A stretch of 64,000 nucleotides of DNA from Phoronis australis (lineage: Eukaryota; Animalia; Phoronida), in the NCBI GenBank assembly GCA_002633005.1, contig NMRA01000024.1:955786-1019785 (forward strand). The letters run 5' to 3'. Position numbers and translations under genes: made by a program. Numbering within the stretch: the stretch's first letter is position 1; every line of letters begins with the position of its first letter. Positions 58,601 through 64,000 of the stretch are shown here, one piece after another. The notes beneath the pieces are model-generated. The model was not told where the DNA came from, made no database searches, and worked only from the letters and a program-made list of their open reading frames with translations.

Positions 58601-61600
58601 TTAAAGGAATTGTTGCCTTGGGGGCGCTCCCAGTCCTGCGTGATGTCTAGATCCGAGAAGTAACTGTAACCCCCCACTCTGAGTACTAAACTCTGCAAAA
58701 TTCACAAACCAAAAATGAAAATATCTGCACTTGAAGCCAGTCAATGCTATGTAGTGCAAGGGTCAATATTCCAATATCGCAGCATTCCCATCAAGTTAAC
58801 ACCTACAGGAAATATCTGTTTTGGTTATTACCCAGTAGTTATTTCTGGTTCAGGCTTCTGTCGCAGGATAAAATGTGTTACATCTGTGCCATGTACACCC
58901 TGGTGGTGTTAGTGACAGGAGAGTCTGCCATATGCTATCAGCAACACCCCGTTATGACAGTAGCCTCTATGTACTGTGTATTCCTAAGAACCAATAACTA
59001 GATATCTGTATAAAAACGTTTTTCACATTTTGTGACGTATTTTCAAGTTTGAAAAATCTTACACGAGCAAACTTGAAAATACGTCACAAAATGTGAAAAA
59101 CGTTTTTATACAGATGAGACTGAAAAATCTTACACAAGCAGTCTCATTCATTTAAAGGCTTTTAGTTATAATTGTACTTTAATAGTATAGCTATGTTGAC
59201 AAAACAGCTGTCTTTTCAAATGGAGATTTACTTCTTTGTTATGGCTTGCATGCTTTACGAATTTTAGTGATAAAGTCACGAACATTTTCCAAGTAGTTCC
59301 TTTCTCTGTGTTCATTACATTATTGATCAGTACCTTTAATTTTTTGAATTTTATTTTCCTATTTTGTGGTAAATTTGCTGCTGGGAATGAGAAACTTAAC
59401 TAATTCATCAAGTGGTGCTGTGTCCGCTTACATAAACCATTCAGGTTATCATGACAGAGGTACACTTATTCCACTAGTCACTTCCTTGTGGGGAAACAGC
59501 TTATGGTTTTTAATATATTCAGATTATTAAACCAGGTCCTTTTCATCATTGCGGGCACCAAGTGATTATCAACTCTCCTCCTTTTGTCACTAAAGCAACT
59601 TTCAATTTAGACCACTTGCCATTGTAAAATTGGTCTCAAATTGTTCCTAAGGGAGTGAAAATAGATTTGATTTCTTGGCTTGGAAAGGAAAAGACAGTTC
59701 GTCATGATTGGTTCAGATCAGCCTCTACAAGTCGACTTGTCACGGGGTGTTATTTTATTCATCGATCATGCATCCATGGTTTCGAGTAATAATGAACTGT
59801 CAGTTCGTTGCAAGATCAAAAACAACTTCTTGTGTGAGTATAAAGAATAAGTTGAGACCAACTTTGTTGTGATAAAAAGTGTTTGTAATCGAAGGTCACT
59901 TTTTTCGACGGAACATGGGTTAATGGCCACTTCAGGAAATTACTGTTATATGACACGTAGAGCACTGAATTGTCTGTTCTCTGTTTCCAGTAACTACACT
60001 CTGTTGGAGTCCTGCAATGCCCACTGTGGTTGTTCCGAGTTCAGGTTTGAGCCGATCTGTGGACAAAACAACATTATGTACTATTCCCCCTGTCACGCTG
60101 GCTGCTTGGGCTACAATATCACGGCCACAGAAAAGGTACGTCATGTTTTGTCTCTCAGGTCTTCACTATTTGGATCTGATTTTAAGTTAGTCTGCTCTGC
60201 TTTTGAAGTTGTTCCCGGCGCCACTTGTGGTTGGATTTGTTCCCCAGCATATCACCATGTTGTCATAAAATATTGCAATGTTTTTTGATAAAATTTCACC
60301 CTTAACTCATCGTCTCAAATATGCTTTTCTGCAGGATCCCATCTTAAGGGTTATTCTTGTTCTGAATAATCTGATGAGTTTAACGTTTCGTTGGTCATGT
60401 CTCAAGATATTGCTATTTGTGTTTGATTTGTTTGATCAGTGTTATAGTATAATTTACTAGAAAAAGTCTTTAAATTGTGAAATTATAAAATTTGCATACG
60501 ACTGTCTTTTTCCTTTTGCGTCATCTTCAATTGGCCCATTTACTTGTCTGACTCGCTGTTCATTAGTATAATTGCTGAACAATCGCATGTTGGCAGAACT
60601 CTATACTGACTTCATTCCACGACATTAACTTGTTTAATATTATAATGTCCTCCCTGTTTCTCCTAAAGCTCATGGCACAGCTTTTCTTTTCCGTAAATCA
60701 TTGGCGTCGACGAATTGTCTAACGTTATTCTCTTACAATATCCCAGTTAGTGGATCTCTTGCGACATGGTGACGTTCTGTGTCAAATCTTGCTTGCCCTA
60801 AATGCCGTGACATTTTGAAAATTTTGTGAAAAAAAATGTGATAAATTTATTGAGCCAAGTAGGCTGTTAGTGTTTTATTGTGTTTACAGTTATTTGATGC
60901 TACATCAGGTGATGGTTCATTTCTTTTCACAAAATATGAAACTATGGAATTCATTATTATCAGTGACAAATATTGTGTTTCGCATATGTGACACAACCAA
61001 AGTTGATGTGCAAAAAGCACAGAATGTGCCCCTATTTTAATTTTAATATATTCCATATTTTTGTCCTAGAACTTCTACAACTGCAGCTGCATTCCAACCA
61101 GGAACCAAAGCCTGCCTGAGGCGACCTCTACAGTTTGTGAATCAGACTGCACTTTGCTGCCGCTGTTTCTTGTCATCTTCTTCATCACCATGTTCTTCAC
61201 ATTTTTTGCCAGCATCTGCTCTGTCAACGCCACCTTGAGGTAGGTTTCAATTTGTTCTAGTCCAAAGCAAGGTTTAGCAAATCACAACAGGCAAGTTTCA
61301 TAACTGTCTTTGAACTGGCTATCAAAAAATTGTTAACGAAATGGATTTAATCATTGAATGACAGTTAGAAATATTTTTAATCCTTTCAACTGGATCGCTA
61401 TTTTGTAATCATTTCTTATTATATTTTATTTTGCGATTTCAGAGTTGTTTCCACAGCCCAAAAATCCAACGGAATTGCCTTCCAGTGGATATTTCTAAGA
61501 CTTCTTGGTGAGTTCAGTTCACAGTGCACGTACTGGCAACTCTATGTAGCGTTTTGTCACGGAACTGTCTTATTTCTACAATTCCAACTTCCATACTAAC

Positions 61601-63612
61601 GTCGACACATCGATGTTTTGGGGAGTTGCGGTCATTATGAATGGTTAACTTCAGTCCTTGACCAAAGTTACAGCACCAGTTAACTTTGCAGTAAACAAAT
61701 GGATTTAACAGCGGAGTGTCGATGCTGAAATAGGGTATTAATATTCAACTTCGGCCTCATCAAAGTTATCGTCAGGGGCTACTGCTATCGTCAACCATTA
61801 AAAGGCAGTGTCGTCACATACAGTTGCCTGTATTTTGTTCGAATAATCATGAATGGAATTAAAAATAAGTTGTATATCAATTAGCATACGTTAATGCCCT
61901 CAAATTGTCGCATTGAAAAAAAAATTAGCATGCACGGCATGCATCAGCATTACCTTTGCGATTACTTCGATGACGACAGCGTCACCTACGGTTCACTTTG
62001 TTGCTGTTAACTACAGAAGCTGACATGAACGATTCAATTAACTTTGCAGTGCAGTTTGCATCGACGCTCTGCTAATACCGTAGTTAAGTTACTATGAAAG
62101 GAGGTATTCAAAGCAGCCTTCATAAGTAGGAAGCATTCTACATAGTCCCAACTCTGAAGCATGGTGCAGCAACAGTGTCTTTCATTTGACCTAGTTTCTA
62201 ATTGTGAGCCAGACAAGGAAAGATGAAACGCGATGTCTTTCAGTCTCCAGCATTTTGAGGCATGTGTGATTCATTTAAATACCGAGTTACCACGCAAAAG
62301 AACTAAGAGATTCCTATCAGGCAGATGAGTACCCACTTGTCAGTCATCCTGCAGCATCTGTAAGATATCAGGATAGTCGATTCAGGTCCATAAGGCATGA
62401 CGCTTTCTCCTATATTTGTGAGATTGTCTGCATTCACATTGCCGCCAGTTCCTAGAAAAATCTTCAGCAAGTAGTTAGAGACAGTTCTCATGACCTCAGG
62501 CTTGTTAGACTCATCAATGAGCTATACCAAATGGACTCATTATGCAAGCATGGACACAGCAAGAATCTGATCGACTACTAGGCAACTATAGGTACGCACC
62601 CTGTCACTCGCCCAATGAGTATCTCTTAGTTCTTGTAGATAAGCTAAGGAGAAGTTTGCCAACATGATCTAACCAAAAAATAGCTGAGTGTTGCAAAAAG
62701 AACACTGACACGTGATCCAAATTCTAAAATGTCACTGTAACCTAGCCCAACACAGGTACATCATAGGTTAGATGGTAACTCAATGTTCTATGGTACTGAT
62801 GCTGAAACACGTAAACATCTGGTAGAGTCTTTCCCAGCTTTTCATTGGCTGAGGAGCAAGCACATGGATGGCACCATTGCAAGCCTACAACATATGGAAA
62901 AGCATGTCTATGTTCTTAAAAAATACAGGCTGACTTGAAAATTTTGTGCGTGAAGAATCTGTTGCCCAATAGGAGGGCTCTTGTGAGTTTAGCTCTGGTG
63001 TTTCGTGCAGTGGGCCCAAACATGATGTTTGCACAAGTATGATGCGCCACATAAGGCATCAGACCACGTGCACTTTTTGTGGTACATTATGCAGTTAAAC
63101 ATGTGTAATAGTCTGATATAACGAGCCCGAATTTTGAGAACCATTTTTCTCCACTGAATATCGGGCATCAAACTGGTTTTCAAAATACAGGCACGTTATT
63201 TCTGACTATTGCCTAAACAAGTAGAGCTAGGTCAGCTGGTGAGCATGAATTATTTGACATCTACCTGTTCATGCTGTTCAAGAAGGCTGATTCATTAAGT
63301 TCCATTTCAGGTGCTATCCCGGCCCCACTGATATTCGGTGCCACCCTTGACAGTACATGCATCCTGTGGGACACTAGCTGTGACTCGGGCACGGATGCCT
63401 CCTGTCTTCTCTATGATTCGGCCACAATGGGCCACTATATGCTTCTCATCTGTGGCGTGATGAAGACAGGAACTATTGTTTTTGTCGCGCTCGCGTGGAA
63501 ACTCTATAAGCCGCCCACCAGAAAGTTGCTGGAGGACTCGCTTAATGTGATGTCACTCGACGTCTCCACGACTTCGACAGTGTCAACAGAGACTGTCAAT
63601 ACGATTCTGTGA
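49648..63612 (+). CDS. Solute carrier organic anion transporter (OATP/SLCO, family 4-like), 9 coding exons, 687 aa
   Basis: Exons 49648-50338, 53277-53379, 55579-55703, 56637-56894, 58113-58317, 59991-60135, 61070-61239, 61443-61507, 63311-63612 (2064 nt, GT-AG). OATP signature DPRWVGAWWVGF, STLETRFGL, GVTYLDD, Kazal-like CNAHCGC..FEPICG..YYSPCHAGC, and GAIPAPLIFG..DSTCILW. Confidence 0.95.
50734..51220. mobile_element. Old MITE with long imperfect inverted arms, in an SLCO intron
   Basis: Nested inverted pairs: CTGTTCACACCAAGAG / CTCTGGTTTGAACAG, GAGGGCT / AGCCCTC, AACTCAAGATAA / TTATCTTGAGTT, TACTGGAGTA / TACTCCAGTA. Confidence 0.65.
53413..53652. mobile_element. Harbinger-like MITE with CTG flanks
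   Basis: CTG|GGG...TTCACTGAAGAG ... CTCTTTAGTGAA...CCC|CTG. Confidence 0.55.
58390..58520 (+). pseudogene. Tandem pseudo-exon: partial duplicate of the 3' half of SLCO coding exon 5
   Basis: GGGAGAGTTCTTCATACGTTGCCCTAGTCTGGCGTATGCCGGCATCAACACCACATAC repeats 58243-58300. It is followed by an in-frame TAG and a degenerate donor. Confidence 0.85.
59004..59147. repeat. Perfect 48 bp inverted repeat plus an adjacent 9 bp hairpin with the same 16 nt loop
   Basis: Arms 59004-59051 and 59068-59115 with loop AAAAATCTTACACGAG. Second hairpin ATGAGACTG-AAAAATCTTACACAAG-CAGTCTCAT at 59114-59147. Confidence 0.92.
63109..63208. mobile_element. 100 bp MITE-like repeat, inverted copy of 14537-14636
   Basis: TAGTCTGATATAACG...CGTTATTTCTGACTA. 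The internal sequence is the reverse complement of the 14537 copy. Confidence 0.7.
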
Positions 63613-64000
63613 GAACATCATGGCGAGTGGTGTGAATACGCGAATTTATCTTTCTACTCAAACTCAGGCTCACCTTAATCCTGCTCATGGGGGGTTAAAT
63701 TTGAAGAGTCTCATCGCAAAATGAGGTGTCGGCCAAATTTGAAATTTTGATGTGACTAGTGTGTATAGCATTTTGGATAGAAATTCAGTGTGGGGAGTAT
63801 TAGGTATTGCTGAAAAAGCGATTAAATATTGAGTGGTCATATGGATCAACAATCTTGAAGTTATTGGCGCTAAAATTTCAAAATTGGTGGACTTCAGGTT
63901 TTGAAATGAAACTCTTCATTTCTATGTTAATTGATGCAGTAGTAGGATACGATGTGCTCACATTTTGAGAACCAGTTTGATGCCCATTATTCAGTGGAGG

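Overview
This is intron-rich, AT-rich animal genomic DNA, most likely from a marine invertebrate; the species cannot be named from sequence alone. It holds four protein-coding genes. (1) PPAN/Ssf1 (Brix family) on the minus strand, 11 coding exons, 471 aa. (2) PFDN1 (prefoldin subunit 1) on the plus strand, 4 exons, 126 aa, head-to-head with PPAN across a 286 bp gap. (3) An intronless 8.1 kb ORF on the minus strand (2697 aa). (4) An SLCO/OATP transporter on the plus strand, 9 coding exons, 687 aa. The rest is introns and intergenic DNA with decayed LINEs, many MITEs and a foldback element nested in a copy of itself. The most striking object is the 2697 aa ORF. It reads as five L1CAM/neuroglian-like Ig domains, one transmembrane helix, about 24-25 degenerate helical repeats of roughly 60 aa, and a C-terminal domain that by eye resembles the dynein heavy chain microtubule-binding domain. 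That suggests a motor-less adhesion receptor tethered to microtubules. PPAN introns also carry a C/D snoRNA candidate resembling SNORD105 and hairpins whose G-U pairing favours the sense strand. All family assignments are by eye and from memory; no searches or folding programs were run.
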